Shown here: positions 11,416 to 23,039 of the stretch, one piece after another
How the letters are laid out: each line of letters starts with the position of its first letter
How positions within the stretch are numbered: position 1 is the stretch's first letter
NCBI GenBank assembly: GCA_963768425.1
Contig: CAVYHV010000022.1
Location: 1-64,000 of the forward strand
Origin: Candidatus Bathyarchaeota archaeon
GTDB lineage: Archaea; Thermoproteota; Bathyarchaeia; Bathyarchaeales; Bathycorpusculaceae
Direction of reading: 5' to 3'
Length of the DNA stretch: 64,000 bases
Translations under genes and position numbers: made by a program
The notes under the pieces: generated by a model
The model's database searches: none
Seen by the model: only the letters and a program-made list of their open reading frames with translations
Told to the model about the DNA's origin: nothing

Positions 11416-13639
11416 CTAACTTCCGTTGTATATGTATAGCGAAGCTTGTTGCTGTGGTGAGAATGCTAAGTCCGTTGTTTGCTGGTGTGTTGTTGAGTAT
11501 GTTGACATCGACGATATGCTGGTCCTACGAATGCCCATGTTGGAAGCGTTAAGCTCATGGTGTATGTCTGTCCGATATTGCCGCCTGCAACGTTTGGTGC
11601 TGCTGGGTGCAGTTTCCATCATTACTGTGCATGCGACTGGCACGTTATTTGCGTCGAAGACTGTTGCTGTCAGGTAGAATGTTGTTGGAGTCCAGTTGAA
11701 GCTGTAGACTGGTGCTGTAAGGGTTACAACGTTGAGTCCTGCATAGTTTCGGAAGAAGACTGGGCCTACGTTGTTGCTGTCATAGACGCCGTTGGTGATT
11801 GTTATGGGTTGTAGGCTAAGTGCGTATCCGTAGTAGAATTGGCATGTGTCAGTTAATGTTACTTGAGATACGTCGACTGATCCGGTCACTGTGACTATGC
11901 CGAAGTAGCTTGTTGGGTTGCTGTCTTGCCAGGGTAGTCTGTATGAGGTTGTTGCATATCCGTTTGCGTTTGTTGTTGCTGTGACTACGTCAATGTAAAC
12001 GCCGTTTAGGTATATGTCGAAGGTGACTGTTTTGAGTGCGACTGGTGCGCCGTTGAATGTTACGAGTGCTGTTAGGTCAACTAATTGTTGGGGTCCGAAT
12101 GCTGATGCTGGTTGATTGAGTCCTTGTCCGCCGTTTTGTGTCCAGATGTCGAGTATGCCGTTTGACCAGTTATTCCAGCCTGCTGGAAGCGGTGGAAGAA
12201 CTGTTAAACTGAATGTTGTGGTGCCGGTTTCTGTGTATGTTGGTGCTGGGGTGTTGGTTGGTGAGGGTGCTGTAACTGTTAAGGTTGCAGTTATTGTTCC
12301 TGGGGTCATGCCTACTTGAGCTGCTGTTAAGGCAACTGTTCGGTGTGCTTGCGGTCACTATTGTTCCGCCGATTAGGGTTATGCTCCAAGCGTATGTTGT
12401 GATTGGGCAGCTCTGTCCTGGTGGAATAGTGTTTTGGCCTGGTTGTGATGGTGTTCCGTCGAAGGTTATGGCGTAGTTTGTTAGAGTTTGGGTGTTGCCT
12501 GCGCCGAATGGACTTCCTTCAGTGGTTACTGACTGCTACTGGTCCTGTTGCAGCTGCTGGGGTCCATGAGTATGTTGCGCCTGTTAGGATTGGTGCTGGC
12601 GTTATTACTTGAGCTGGGAGAGCGTCGTTTACTGAGTTCCTGGGGTTCCTGCTGTGAGACCGAGGGCACTGTTGCCGTAGCTGAGGATTTGGAATGTTAA
12701 TGTGCATAAGTACGCCTGATGAGGCACTGTCGCTCATTTGTGTGCTGTATGCGTCGCTGATTCCTGCGTCAACTTTTCCTAGATAGTTGTCTATGAATCC
12801 TGGTGCGAACAATGTTGCGCCGCCTTGAACTTAGGTATGAGCCTTCGGTGACACCTGTGCATTCGAGTACGCTTGGATTCCATGTGACGCCTATGCTCCA
12901 TCCCCAAACATTGCCAAGGGCGCCGCTGATGTATGCATCAACGCTGAATGTTCCGCCGATTGGGTTGCTTGCAGATGGCCATGCAATGGCTGCATTTGTG
13001 GTTGATCCATGCTGGTACAGGTTAATGGTCGTTGATGGTGTTTGAACTGTGAGTGATCCGCTGTTGCATGTTACTGGGATGTGTGGAGAGCCTACGTCGC
13101 TTGTTGCAATCAAGTATCCGCCGTTGATGGTTATTGCACTGGTGCCGTAGCCAACCACGGTGAACGTCATAGTAATGACTACGCCTGCTGCGTCAGTTGA
13201 TTGATCTGCAGCTGTAATGGCTTGTGCTAAACCGCCTGAGATCGAGCCTGGATTGTCAACGTTGTCAAATAAGCTGCTTGAGGTTCCGGTGGTGGATACT
13301 GAGTCGCCGCCTGGTGCGTTGTCTGATAGGAATGGACCTGCTACAACTTTTGTCAATTGTACATACTGCTGTGTTCCAATTTACGGTGGGTATAGCCCAG
13401 CCCCAAATGTCGTTTGCGCCGCTGATGTAGATGTCGTACTTTACTGTTGTGCCGATTGGATTAGGGCTTGAAGGCACAGTAATGCTACTAACACTGGTTG
13501 ACCCTGATTGATATACACTAAAGGTGCCAGTGGTAGCTTGCGCGTGCACTGTACCCATTGCAAAGAACATTGACGCTAGCATAAAGAAAACTAGCGCCAA
13601 TGCTCCGATGCTTTTTTTGTTTGTTAGGTTTAGTTTCAT
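11416..13639 (-). CDS. Major two-cohesin scaffoldin / S-layer-like protein (frameshifted)
   Basis: Strong RBS (GGAAAGGAG), signal peptide ending VHA-Q, two cohesins (KYDIYISGANDIWGWAIPTVNWN; GGTFSVDAYISGALGNVWGWSIGVTWNPSVLECTGVTEGSYL), PKD-like and Ig-like modules. Starts about 30 bp after the pstS-dockerin gene. Confidence 0.78.
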
Positions 13640-13670
13640 TGTTTATTTCTCCTTTCCGTGTTTTTCGTCA

Positions 13671-15070
13671 TTATGACTTAGTGCTTAACCGTTTGTGGGT
13701 TGGAGCGTAGGTTGTGAAGTAGTAGACGTATTCACTCAAGAATGCCAAGAAGCTTCCGCCGTTGATTGTGCCTTGGGCTGTAATGTCTGCGTATGGGTTG
13801 TAAATGTGGTTCGCGTAGTATGCGATGTATGCGTCAGTGAAGTAGAAGAAGTCGTTTGCATCAACAGTCAATCTTGGAACAGTCTGAGTCTGACCAGCTG
13901 AGTGGTGTGTAGGGTCCGAGGGCTGAGTTCTAGAACTTGTCCGCCTGCCATTGCTGCGCGTGGCATTACCATGTAGTCGTTGTCTGAGACGAAGTTAGGG
14001 TTGCGGTTAGCCGTTGAAGCTGTAGAGTTATGCCTGCGTCGAGTTTCATGTAAGCGATCCATACTCCTTCTGCCAGGTTAGGGCCTGTGGTTGGAATGGT
14101 GTTTGGTGTTACTTCCCAGAGCCATCTGAATGGTGTGTATGTGCCTGCGATAACGTTAGCTTGTGATGGTGCATAGTAGCCTGCTGGTTGCTGGTGCTGG
14201 TAGGCTTGCATTGTATATGCTTAGTGGGATCATGATTGCCTCGTTTGTTAGGTAGTAGCCTAGTGAAATGAATGCGATGGTGTCAGTTGCGGTTGTTATG
14301 TCAGTTACGACATCTGGGTTGCCTTCAGCCAATGTGTATGGAGCCATGTATTGACTGCCGGTAACTGCGCCTGCAGTGTTTGTGGCTTCAGCGCTTGTTG
14401 CCAAGTTGTTTGCCAAAGAAGTTGTTGAAGCAATCGTATGTTCCTGAGGTTGGGTCTCTTACGATTCTGTTGATTGGGTCACTTGCGTGTGCTGCTGCAC
14501 CTGCTGGGAGGGTTCCGCCTGCTGCTGTGTATGCAGTGAAGAATTGTCCCCATGTAGTGTAGATTGGGCTTGTTCCTGCTGCGTCAGTGGATTCGAATAG
14601 TTGGCAAACTTGTTTAGCTGTAAGGTCAGTTGGAGCCCATGTCATGTCTGCGCTGTAAACTATGGCGACACTGTCAACGCCGACTGCCCAAATCTGGACG
14701 GTGCCTGCGTTTGATTGACCCCACTCTCCTATGGTTGGAGGTCTTGACATTTCACCAATGTCTGCAGTTGCAGTGCCTGTGGTGGGTAGAATAGCTGGGA
14801 ACGCTGTTCCACTGCCTAAGCCTGAATGTTCATTGTGTTGATGTCTAGAGCGCTTGTGGTGTCCCCAACTGGGGTTAGCAGCAACCAAGCGAGTTCCAAT
14901 AAGTTGGGAACGTCGCTGATGCTTCCTGTGGCTATGGGCAAGACGGTGCTTGAGCCAGCGATGCTGATCGTGTTCGGAGTAATCAAAGCATTTATCGGAA
15001 GAGCGGCTGCAGAAAAAGCGAGCATTGCGAGTACTAACAAAGATAATATTATTTTTTGGGTTTTATTCAA
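13671..15070 (-). CDS. pstS: Phosphate ABC transporter substrate-binding protein with C-terminal dockerin-like domain, copy 1 (frameshifted)
   Basis: PstS motifs IAGSSTVLPIA, GLGSG, DIGEMSRP, RDPTSGTYD. C-terminus VDANDFFYFTDAYIAY...NPYADITAQGTINGGSFLAFLSEY. Divergent from pstC/pstA. Confidence 0.82.
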
Positions 15071-15357
15071 TTTGTATTTCTCCTTTCATTATCTGTGAAC
15101 GAGAATTATTTCGTTCGAACTACTAATCGAGGGTTAAGCCATATCTAGCTTACTCGCTGTAGATTATGAGGAAAAATTTAGTCTATAGAAGAATCAATAG
15201 TTTACGATATGCATGGAAGAAGTATCAGTTGGCGAGTCGTTTCTAATTATTACTATTGATTATAAATAGAAAACCGTTATCTTTACGGTTCTCGCCCATT
15301 TCACACAGTTGAGAGGGAGCTATCCCGCCTTTTCAGGCAGGCTTTAAGGGATGAACA

Positions 15358-16298
15358 TTGCCAAGAAACTGGAATTATAGAATCTTAAAGGATAACTTGT
15401 TCAAAATAATCCTGTTTCTATGCGCAGCTTCATCAATTATCATTGTCCTTTTCATCTTCGGCTATATGCTGTCGCAAGGAGGGAATGACGTTTGCTGGGT
15501 GGATAATGAACGGGATCTGGAATCAACAGTGTCGCAGGCGCACCATTTCCCTACTATTGCCAATACTTTATATTGTTCAATGGCAGGGGCATTAATCGGA
15601 CTCGCGATCGGACTCCCATGTGCAATTTACTTAGCGGAGTTTTCAAGTAGACTGAGAAACTTTGTCAAACCAGCTCTCGAAGTGCTGATGGGGTTTCCCT
15701 TCAGTTGTGATGGGACTGCTAATCTTAGTTCTCTTTTGCACAACTATATTCATAAACCCTCTTTCCGTTCGGGGAACATGCATTTTGGCTGCCTTTATGG
15801 TTCTTGGAATAATGGCTTTGCCAATAATCGTGAGCGTTTCAGAAGATTCATTAAGAGCTGTTCCTCAAGAGCAAAGAGAAGCATCTTACGGGTTAGGAGC
15901 CACAAGATGGCAAACCACAACCAAAGTTATAATCCCGAGCGCATTATCAGGAATTTCCGTTGCATTTTTACTTAGCACTTCTAGACGTCATGGGAGAAAC
16001 CATGGCTGTAACTTTAGTTATCGGTCCGCTTATCCCTCCGCCAGTCACCCTTAACCCCTTAGCAGAATCCGATGTAGTTACCAGTAAAATCGCTGCTTTG
16101 GTAACCCAAGTGGGTGAAGGCGGAAATTTATATTATCTTGCTCTTGGTTTAGCAGTCGCTCTTTTCATCTTAACGGTGTTCACTAATCTTGCTATAAGAA
16201 TAGTGAGAAGTAACCGGACCAATGTAGGTGTCCATGGAAGAGGTGTAAGCAAGGATGAAACCGAAAACACTGCTACAGACAATTTACGTCTAAACTGA
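15358..16298 (+). CDS. pstC: Phosphate ABC transporter permease PstC (frameshifted)
   Basis: AIYLAEF...RLRNFVKPALEVL, EAA loop EQREASYGLGATRWQT and GETMAV motif, spread over three ORF fragments. Confidence 0.85.
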
Positions 16299-17655
16299 AA
16301 AACGCGAAAAAAGAAAATTTACTGACTTTCGCGCTTCTTTTTATTGCAGGCATCCTTACATTGATTCCCGGTGTTACGTATCTTTCCACTACTTTAGTCA
16401 CTAAAATTCCAGCCTACACAAACTTACGACTGGATAGTTGCTAGGGTCAATATTGTCCATATTTATGATGCTGCCAAGCCTCATTTTATTCTCTGCAGCA
16501 TACCTCTTACTGGAATCTCATTCAATGGGCTGGAAACTATCGCTTGCAACATGCATTGCTGCAATTTTTTTAGCAGTTCTCAATCAGTCAGATATCAATC
16601 TGGCGCTTTCAATAGGATTTCTAAGCGGATTAGCAGTCGCATTAGAAATTAGAAATAGAAAAAGCGGAGAAACCGTCCTTAAAGATTCGCCAATCGCAAT
16701 AGAAAACATTGCAATACTCGGCATGTACATCTGCCTAATAATTTGCGTAAGCACCATAGTTTTCCTGTTTGGATACACAATCGTAAGAGGCGCACCATAC
16801 ATAAACTTTGATTTCCTCACAAAAATAAATTGGAGCTGGCCTCAAGCGGGGCAACTGATAGCGACAACTTTCTTCAACTTCACCTGGAGGCGTACTAGGC
16901 TACGCTTTCGGAACCATAATTATAACATTAGTCTGTGAGTGCATAGCAATTCCACTTAGGTTTAGCCGCAGCCATCTATCTATCAGAATACGCAGGACGA
17001 AACAAACTAACAGAGACCATTCGTTTCTTCATCGAGACACTCGCCGGACTACCTTCCGTCGTTATTGGATTACTAGTATTCCTCATTATAGTCCACGACT
17101 TAGGCTGGGGATTCACCGTCCAGGGAACAGCAATAGGATTAGCGATTATGATCCTACCATTTAACATAAGAGTGGTAGAAGAAGCGATGAGGTCGGTTCC
17201 AGACGCATTCAGAGAAGCTTCCTTTGCCCTTGGAGCCACCAAATGGGAAACGGCAAAGAACATCGTATTCTACGCAGCAACTCCGGGAATCATCACGGGC
17301 ATTCTTTTAGGGGCAGGCGCAGCAATGGGAGAAAGCGCATTGGTCCTTGTAGCTCAGGCGCTGACATACCCTTCAGGGACCCCAACTAATCCCACCTTTC
17401 CAGCTTTAAGCCACCTGTTTGGAAGACAAGCAAACGGTTTTCCAACATTGGCCAGTTTTTATCTACAACGCAGCAACGGTAACTCCAATAGAAATAGGCA
17501 CAGCAAAGTCCACGTTGGAAGGGTGGGTCATTAATCAAAAAGCATGGAGCGTGGCTTTTGCAGGAGCCGCTGTTCTTATAGCAATGTACCTTGTAGTTTG
17601 CATCGTAGCAATGTATGCAAGAAACCGTTTAGCCAAAAAAATCACGGGAAAATAA
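16255..17655 (+). CDS. pstA: Phosphate ABC transporter permease PstA with long N-terminal membrane extension (frameshifted; start approximate)
   Basis: AIYLSEY...IRFFIETLAGLPSVVIGL, EEAMRSVPDAFREASFALGATKWET and GESA motifs. Additional hydrophobic segments at 16320-16800. Confidence 0.8.
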
Positions 17656-17823
17656 GGATAAAGAGCGAAGAGATAACCCATGGAAAAACCAGAAAACAGG
17701 AAACAGAAACAAAAAACTTGTTCTCAGCAATGCAAGCGTTGCAACCTGAATTATACCGATTTTCGCAATATACCTATTTAAACAAGAAAATTAAGGGAAT
17801 ATAATCAGAGGGGGAAAGAGGCA

Positions 17824-19430
17824 ATGAAAAATCGCGCATGCGCGCTAGGAAGAAAAAGGAAGAGCCAATTGGCTTGCGCATCATTGATTCTGCTTCTATC
17901 CCTCATCCTAATTCAATCAATCTACGCAATTCAAGTAACAAATGCCCAAAGCACAACTGCAAACGGTCAATGGGCATTAAGTTTCCAAATCCAAAAAGTT
18001 GGACAGAACACCACAAGCAACATCTTTACACCCTTTGACCAGATCCAACTGACAGCAAACGTAACCTACAGAAACGCAACCCAACCAGACATATTAGTAA
18101 CATTCAAAGTGCAGGGACCATCAAACGCCGCTAACCCAACAAATATCACAACAGTCGCAACAACAAACGCCACTGGCCAAGCAGAATCCGTCTTCAGACT
18201 TCCAGCAGATAACCAAAACGAAGATTCATCAATAGGAAAATGGCAGGCAACAGCAACCATACAAGCAGACAACAGCACCCTTCAGCAAAGCCTAAGTTTT
18301 ACAACTCAATGGAACCTCCAAATAACATCAATAAGCACCCAAAACTCACAAGGACAAAACCAAACAATCTTCTACCCAGGCAAAACAGTCACAGTCAAAC
18401 TAACAATCAGCAACAAGGGCAGCCTCAAGAAGCAAACGTCACACTCAACATGATGGATGCAACAGGAAAAACAATCAACCAAACACAAATCCAAAACACC
18501 CAAATAAACGCAGGTTCCAATTTAACTCAAGTAGAAACCGAACTCCAAATTCCAACAACGCAAACACAGGCGAAGCAACAATCAACGCAGCAGTATACTC
18601 AGGAACTTTTCAGAACATAAATGTACCAGCTGCTGAAAATCAAACCGCCTACTTCACAATAGCCACCAACACGGCACCCACAACCGACTCCTACGCCAAC
18701 GCCCATCTTAACCGAAAACTCAGTAAGCCTCTTCTCATGGCTGTTGGTAGCAACAGGATTATTCACATTCACATCTCTCTTTATGTTCCTCAGAAGAAAA
18801 CCAACTCCAGGAATTGGCACTCAAATGCCGAATCTGCCACCCACAATATCCAACCCAGCCGTGGCATCCCCACCAATTTTCCCGCCAAACGCACAAGAAA
18901 CAACACAAAAGCAACCAACACAACCCACAGCAATACCCACAACGAACCCAGAAAAAACAATCAACGCAGCGATGATAACTCAATTGCCCAGCATATATGA
19001 AACATTAGATATTCCAACACCAGAATCAACATCGCCTCAAGAACAAAAACAAATCATGGTGGATCACTTAACCAAAATCTCAAGCATCAACCAAAAAGTC
19101 CAAACTTTAGAAACAGAGCTTAAAATCGAAAAAGAACAACTTAACAAAGAAATAACGGATCTCAACAAAACACTTGATGAGCAAGAGAGAGCCGTAAAGA
19201 GCTACTTTGAATCAATAAGACAAGCAATATCAACAATAAACACTCAACCAACAGAAATTAACGATAAACAAAACCCGCCTCAATCAGAAATCAGTAACGA
19301 ACAAAACGCTCAACCAAAACAACAAAGCACCGAAGACAAAAACGCAAAGGAAACACAATCCAAAATTCAGAAACAACAACCTACACGGCAAGAAGACACA
19401 AAAACGTCAGAGCACACCAAAGAAGACTAA
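17824..19430 (+). CDS. Single-pass membrane protein: extracellular Ig-like modules, TM helix, cytoplasmic Pro-rich and coiled-coil tail (frameshifted)
   Basis: Signal peptide and a module FTPFDQIQLTANVTY...VTFKVQGP shared with the scaffoldins. TM segment (WLLVATGLFTFTSLFMFLRRK) followed by a heptad-rich region (KVQTLETELKIEKEQLNKEITDLNKTLDEQ). Confidence 0.65.
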
Positions 19431-19699
19431 AAAAGCATAAATTTCCTTAAAACTTGAAAGCGTCAGCCATTTCTACAACAACGAAGACTAGCGACCGTTG
19501 CCTTGCCGTTTCAACCGTAGTCTCTGAAACTCGAAGGCGTCAATCTGATGTATCATCCTCATATGTAGCTTAATTAGTCAATGTTGGCGCAATTAAAGGA
19601 GCAAATAATCTTTTGGGCGGTCTCATAATGTATGTTGAGTGATATCTGCACTTGAAAGATTTAGGGAAAAATGCCAGGTATTTCATTGTACATGTTACT

Positions 19700-21056
19700 T
19701 TAATTGCTGAATGCTGCGGTCTTTCGGCTTTTTTTCAATCTATTTCGAAACATAATAAAAAACAGTGTACAGATAATTACAACTGCAACAATCGCCACCG
19801 CCACAATAATCAACATAGTGTCAGACGAGTTAGATGAATGGTTTAATGTTGGAGACGCAGAGGGTGTAGGTGAGCTGGATGACGTAGGCAGAGCGCCCTG
19901 AGCGCCTAGAGCGTAGACTTTGTGGTTGTATGAGCCTATGTAGACCACTCCATTAACAACAGCAGGCGAAGAATACACCCAGCGGCCCGTATCGTAATTC
20001 CAGAGTTTGGTGCCAGTAGCGTGTTCAAAGCATAAACGTTACCGTCACCTGAACCCACGTAGACCACCCCGTCGACAACGGCTGGAGAGGAACCAACGTT
20101 GCCTCCAGTAATGTAACTCCAGAGCTTGGAGCCATCAGAAGCACTTAAAGCATAAACGGTGCCGTTATAGGTACCGAATATGTTGGAGATTTCTGAGCCT
20201 ACATAAACTACCCCATTAACAACAGCAGGAGATGAGCCAACATCCCCGCCTATAGAATAATTCCAGAGCTTGGAGCCGTCGGAAGCACTTAAAGCGTAAA
20301 CATTGCCATCATCAGAGCCAACATAAACCACACCGCCAACAACAGCAGGAGAAGAATCAACTTCGCCACCTGTAGTGTAGTTCCAGAGTTTGGACCCGTC
20401 AGCGGCGTTCAAAGCATACACGTCTCCATCACCAGAGCCAACGTAAACCACACCGCCAACAACAGCAGGAGAAGAAAATACCCCACTGCTTGTAGGATAG
20501 CTCCAGAGTTTGGAGCCAGTAGCGTGTTCAAAGCATAAACTTCACCAGTGGAGGAGCTAAACGAAAGAGTAGAAACCTCTGAACCTATGTAAACAACTCC
20601 ATTCACTACAGCAGGAGACGAGTCAACAGCAGTACCAACAGTATAATTCCAAAGTTTCGCACCGCTGGCAGCCTTCAATGCATAAACATTACCATCATCC
20701 GAACCAACATAAACCACACCGCCAACAACAGCAGGAGAAGAATCAACATAGTTATAGTAACCAGCAGAATAATTCCAAAGCTTGGAGCCATCGGAAGCAC
20801 TTAAAGCATAAACATTGCCGTCATCAGAGCCAACATAAACCACACCGCCAACAACAGCAGGAGAAGAATCAACATAGTCGCCGGTAGTATAATTCCAGAG
20901 CAGGACAGGGGTAGGCACCTGGTTGCCAGATGCCGCACCGCTGTGAGACACATCCGAACGGAACATTGCCCAGTCTGCGTTCCCGAACGGAGTCAAAACC
21001 AAGCTCGAAAGAAAAATCAAGCAAGCCACTGCTACTACCGCATGCAAACCCTTCAT
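19700..21056 (-). CDS. PQQ-type beta-propeller repeat surface protein with C-terminal TM anchor (frameshifted)
   Basis: DWAMFRSDVSHSG followed by about 8 repeats of WNYxxGxxVxSSPAVVxGVVYVGSxDGxVYAL. C-terminal TM helix plus basic tail. Confidence 0.85.
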
Positions 21057-21650
21057 ACGTGCAAAGCACCCTTTTTGTCCCTTATCGTTAAAGAACTATT
21101 AAAGGTCTTTTGCTATAGGTTCTATAGCTTAAAACCAAAGAAGAAACAAAAACGAATGTGAAGTTGATTGTGTGTTGAATTAGCAAAAAATAGTGTTGTG
21201 CTAAAATAATTGGTAAAGCCAGTACCAATGCTCCCTTCCACTTCACGGCCGATTCTCCAAAGAACTAACTATTTTCAGACAATCGTTATACGAGGTTTGT
21301 CGCTGTAAAAGAGGGCAGGCAAATAAGTCCAGCCAGAACTATTTAGTGTGACTTGCCCCCGCCGGTTCTGTATCATGCTTTCTCTAAATAGTATTAAGCT
21401 AGAACTATTTTGTATATCATTTCTATATTGAAAAATATGATATATGTTTGTCCATTTAAAGGGGGTCTTGGAGAAGGTTGAACATAATGGACGCATGAAT
21501 TTGTTTTTCAGTGAATGTTTTTCATTATTTAATTTCAGGAATTGCTTACCTAAAGCCAAAGGGCAAATTCTTACTGATAATTCTACTAGTTCGAATAACG
21601 AGTGGTTTTCAGTAGATTATTGGCGTCAGGGCACAAAAAGGTAGAGCCAA

Positions 21651-21693
21651 TTGAAGGAAACATACAAAGTACTGCTAATAGCTCTTTCATCTA
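21651..21693 (+). pseudogene. Detached 5' end of the mannosyltransferase gene (split by IS)
   Basis: TTG-KETYKVLLIALSS joins in frame to R-LLISLLLVLFNY (23040 onward) when the IS and one TCTA copy are removed. Confidence 0.8.
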
Positions 21694-23035
21694 CAGTAGA
21701 TGCGAATACTTATGGCTAGCTTTGCCTGATATCTTCTTGGGACAAGTTTGGATAATGTCTTCTTGAAGTTCAAGAGCTTTGTTCAAGAGCTTGTTTCGCC
21801 GATCTTCACTTTTCAAATGAAGCAGTATGCATGGTACCGAAAAGCCGACATCATTGATTTAATGCTCAGAGTAGCCCTCATGAATTGTTATGCTGAAGGA
21901 CTCACAAACGCACTTCGCAAACAAAAAGCTAAAAGAAAAAGCACGCCCACATCTGAGACTGCCCTAGCCTACCTTAAAACGCAAACCATCAATGACACCC
22001 TCCAAGTCGCCAGAACTCAGATTTTAAAATGCGTAACACTGTTTGCCAAAAAAAGACTAGTATTAACCAACGTCGCTATAGCGTTTGACTGGCACGATGT
22101 GCGATTCTACGGAAAACACAGTAAGGAAGGAGTAGTAGGCACCAAGCCTGAACGTGGAACAAGCTATGCCTACTGCTACCTTACCGTCAGCATCATCACG
22201 CCCGGCAAACGCCTTGTGCTTGCAGTCGTTCCGCTACTATCAAAAGATGAATTGTGGCAAATAGTTCTTCCGCTTCTTGACCAAGTACTGCAGAACGTCA
22301 AAGCAGTCTCCTACGTGGCCTTTGACAACGGTTTCCAAGACAGCAAGCTTCTGCAGGCGCTTATCGACCGCAACATTGGCTTCATTGTTCCTTTGCGTGA
22401 CACGGTTAAGCTGCGTAGGCGTTGGAGGTGGAAACGCTACCTCAAACGCTTCACGTACTGCACTAAAGGTGTCTGGGTTGACGTGGTTGAGGCTGTTGAC
22501 TCTAAGGGCACGCAGTATTTTCTTGGCACCAACCTGCCGGGGCGACCGAAGCGTGTTTTGAAGCTGTACAAGAAGCGTTGGGGCATAGAGACCAGCTATA
22601 GGGTGATTGGGCAGTTCTTGGCTAAGACAACTTGCGATGACTACTCGGTTAGGGTCTGGTATTTTGTTTTGGCTGTTCTGCTGTATAATGTGTGGGTTCT
22701 TCTAAACGCCCTGGGCAAAGGATCATGTCATCGTGGTGAGGCTGAAGCTTTTGTGCTTGTGGTCTTCGCCTGCTGTTTCATGCAAGCTGTCAGATTCGTT
22801 TGGATAACTGCTACCTTTGAGGTGTAGTGTGAGGCTTAAAGGCGAAATGATAGGTGACGTTTTCTTTTTCTTAAAGTCTTAGCTATGTTTTGTCTTGCCC
22901 CCTGTTTCTACAGGCTTGATGGCGCCACTCGACTGTAAAGTTCTCTAAAATAATTCGCAGCCAAAGTCTTCAGCGTCGCCCATTCAACCAAATCAAAAGG
23001 TCCAATCGAATTGTGCTAATTATTCGCATCTACTG
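21694..23035 (+). mobile_element. Complete IS element (ISH3-like family), 1342 bp
   Basis: Perfect 15-bp terminal inverted repeats CAGTAGATGCGAATA (21694-21708) and TATTCGCATCTACTG (23021-23035). 4-bp target duplication TCTA (21690-21693, 23036-23039). Confidence 0.92.
21748..22827 (+). CDS. DDE transposase (ISH3/IS4-like)
   Basis: IAFDWH, AFDNGF and YKKRWGIETSYR motifs. Enclosed by the TIRs. Confidence 0.9.
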   Translation: MDNVFLKFKSFVQELVSPIFTFQMKQYAWYRKADIIDLMLRVALMNCYAEGLTNALRKQKAKRKSTPTSETALAYLKTQTINDTLQVARTQILKCVTLFAKKRLVLTNVAIAFDWHDVRFYGKHSKEGVVGTKPERGTSYAYCYLTVSIITPGKRLVLAVVPLLSKDELWQIVLPLLDQVLQNVKAVSYVAFDNGFQDSKLLQALIDRNIGFIVPLRDTVKLRRRWRWKRYLKRFTYCTKGVWVDVVEAVDSKGTQYFLGTNLPGRPKRVLKLYKKRWGIETSYRVIGQFLAKTTCDDYSVRVWYFVLAVLLYNVWVLLNALGKGSCHRGEAEAFVLVVFACCFMQAVRFVWITATFEV

Positions 23036-23039
23036 TCTA

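Noticed and set aside
19900-20900. Near-identical ~30-bp repeats spaced ~120 bp apart, resembling a CRISPR array
   Set aside because: They are in-frame beta-propeller blade repeats (SSPAVVGGVVYVGS) of a coding gene. The spacers are also homologous and there are no cas genes.
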